A stretch of DNA of 37,918 bases from Octopus bimaculoides. Taxonomy: Eukaryota. The position numbers were made by a program, and so were the translations under genes. The notes below the pieces were generated by a model. The model had not been told where the DNA came from. It was given only the letters and a program-made list of their open reading frames with translations, and ran no database searches. The stretch covers positions 122,794,231 through 122,832,148 of the forward strand of contig NC_068981.1 in NCBI RefSeq assembly GCF_001194135.2. The letters run 5' to 3'. The stretch's first letter is position 1. Each line of letters starts with the position of its first letter. Below are positions 35,977 through 37,918 of this stretch, piece after piece.

Positions 35977-36669
35977 CTGTGCGTGTGTGTGTGTGTGTGT
36001 GTGTGTAGTTAGAGAGAAAGAGTGGGAGAGAGGAATATCTATATGTATATCTTTTTACATCTCTTTAAACACAATGAAACACGCACACACACGCATATAT
36101 ATATNNNNNNNNNNNNNNNNNNNNNNNNNNNNNNNNNNNNNNNNNNNNNNNNNNNNNNNNNNNNNNNNNNNNNNNNNNNNNNNNNNNNNNNNNNNNNNNN
36201 NNNNNNNNNNNNNNNNNNNNNNNNNNNNNNNNNNNNNNNNNNNNNNNNNNNNNNNNNNNNNNNNNNNNNNNNNNNNNNNNNNNNNNNNNNNNNNNNNNNN
36301 NNNNNNNNNNNNNNNNNNNNNNNNNNNNNNNNNNNNNNNNNNNNNNNNNNNNNNNNNNNNNNNNNNNNNNNNNNNNNNNNNNNNNNNNNNNNNNNNNNNN
36401 NNNNNNNNNNNNNNNNNNNNNNNNNNNNNNNNNNNNNNNNNNNNNNNNNNNNNNNNNNNNNNNNNNNNNNNNNNNNNNNNNNNNNNNNNNNNNNNNNNNN
36501 NNNNNNNNNNNNNNNNNNNNNNNNNNNNNNNNNNNNNNNNNNNNNNNNNNNNNNNNNNNNNNNNNNNNNNNNNNNNNNNNNNNNNNNNNNNNNNNNNNNN
36601 NNNNNNNNNNNNNNNNNNNNNNNNNNNNNNNNNNNNNNNNNNNNNNNNNNNNNNNNNNNNNNNNNNNNN

Positions 36670-37062
36670 CGGGGTCAGCCACATTTAAGTGGCAAATATA
36701 CTTCACTTTATCCTGCAGTTACTGTTAATACCTCGTTCAGAGATTTAACATTGCTTGTTTTCAGTTTTTCGATATCAGTGAATAATTTCACTGGAAAAAC
36801 TCATATATATTTGCCAAGGGATGCCTTTTGCATCGAAGGTCGGCGATTGTCGTACGCTGAAGAAGGGAAATAACCCTGAAACTCGAGTTCGTACGTATCG
36901 TAGATCAAGATGAGAAGGATAACTTCCCTTGGAAAATACAGACAGGACACAGAAGTGTGTCGATAGCCAGCTGGAGGAGATGTCCTCCTGGGGCTAAAAG
37001 CAACAGTAACATCCACCCCTCGGGGTCAGCCACATTTAAGTGGCAAATATACTTCACTTTAT
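36670..37062 (+). mobile_element. 351-bp direct-repeat unit (Penelope pLTR or non-LTR retrozyme) in a (TA)n tract
   Basis: An identical 42-bp segment occurs at 36670-36711 and 37021-37062 (period 351) with one hammerhead between them. (TA)n lies on both sides, and the left part is lost in the N gap 36105-36669. Confidence 0.78.
36844..36900 (+). ncRNA. Minimal type I hammerhead ribozyme
   Basis: CGATtgtCGTACG-CTGAAGA-AGGGaaataaCCCT-GAAA-C-TCGA-G-TT-CGTACGtATCG. Intact core, 4-bp stem II, palindromic stem III (AACTCGAGTT), stem I with a bulged extension, and a GUU triplet with cleavage predicted after 36889. Confidence 0.88.
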
Positions 37063-37710
37063 ATATATATGCATAATGTGTAATAATGCCCTGTGTAATA
37101 ATGTTCAGAGATAGAGAGGGCAGAGAGAGAAAGGAAGTTTAAGAGCAAGAGAGTGGAAATATTTAACAGATGTTAAGGTATAATGCGGAAATGTATAAGT
37201 GTATGTGTGTAAATAAGGATAGATAGTGGAATATATAATTTGAGAATAGAACGGGAAAACAGTGACTAAATGATGGAAATTATGTTACAAAATGCATCAT
37301 ATAAGAAAGGAATTGTTTATGATACGCTAGCAGTAAGAGGAGATGCACCTAACTTTTCTAAAAGTGCATTAGTATGACAGTTGATGAGGTTCAGAAACAA
37401 GCCTTAAAGTAAATATTTGAAAAACAACACTACAAATGACAGTTTATTGAAATATAATGAATATACTTGATATTAGAAAACAAAACCGCTAGAAATGAAT
37501 TAAATTAGATCAAAATGCAATATAATGTATTAGATATTTTTGCAATAATAAAGGGAGTAAAAATATACCTTTGCCAGACAGTATATAAAACGGCTAAGAG
37601 AAAAAAAAATTAATAATGATATTGTTGATAAAATTAAAAAAGAAACTTGTAATCTAAGGTTTAAAATAGGAATTTTCAGATAATGAGATTGAGGATATGA
37701 TTAATCAAAA

Positions 37711-37758
<48 letters not shown>

Positions 37759-37918
37759 TAACTAGATACACATACACAAAAATTCTAGAGCATTCATACT
37801 GAACTTCATATATAATTTTTATAATTGCACGTATATACATGTATGTGCGTGTTTGTGTGTGTGTGTGTGCGTGCGTCTGCGTATATATATGAATATATAT
37901 ATATATATACATATATAT

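Overview
AT-rich, repeat-dense animal genomic DNA with several N gaps. The repeat landscape and the receptor type suggest a cephalopod, most likely Octopus; this is an inference. The only host gene is a + strand nicotinic acetylcholine receptor alpha subunit (alpha9/10-like). Two of its exons are visible: 11807-11916 and 24091-24629, joined in frame across a 12,174-bp intron. The rest of the window is intronic or intergenic and holds about nine decayed R4/Dong-type (RLE) LINE pieces stacked at (TAA)n tracts, a decayed CR1/L2 LINE, a Penelope-like element, tRNA-type SINEs, MITEs and many microsatellites. Three structures stand out. (1) At 15450-17789, a foldback element whose arms look like a 112-bp TG..CA LTR plus a tRNA-Ser primer-binding site; an ORF1-only, zinc-knuckle LINE derivative is inserted into one arm with a 13-bp target duplication. 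(2) At 36670-37062, a 351-bp direct-repeat unit carrying an intact-looking minimal hammerhead ribozyme. (3) At 33170-35945, a Penelope element with an inverted terminal copy containing a decayed hammerhead; its 3' terminal segment begins exactly at the predicted cleavage site. Most entries in the supplied ORF track are microsatellite, antisense or N-gap artefacts.
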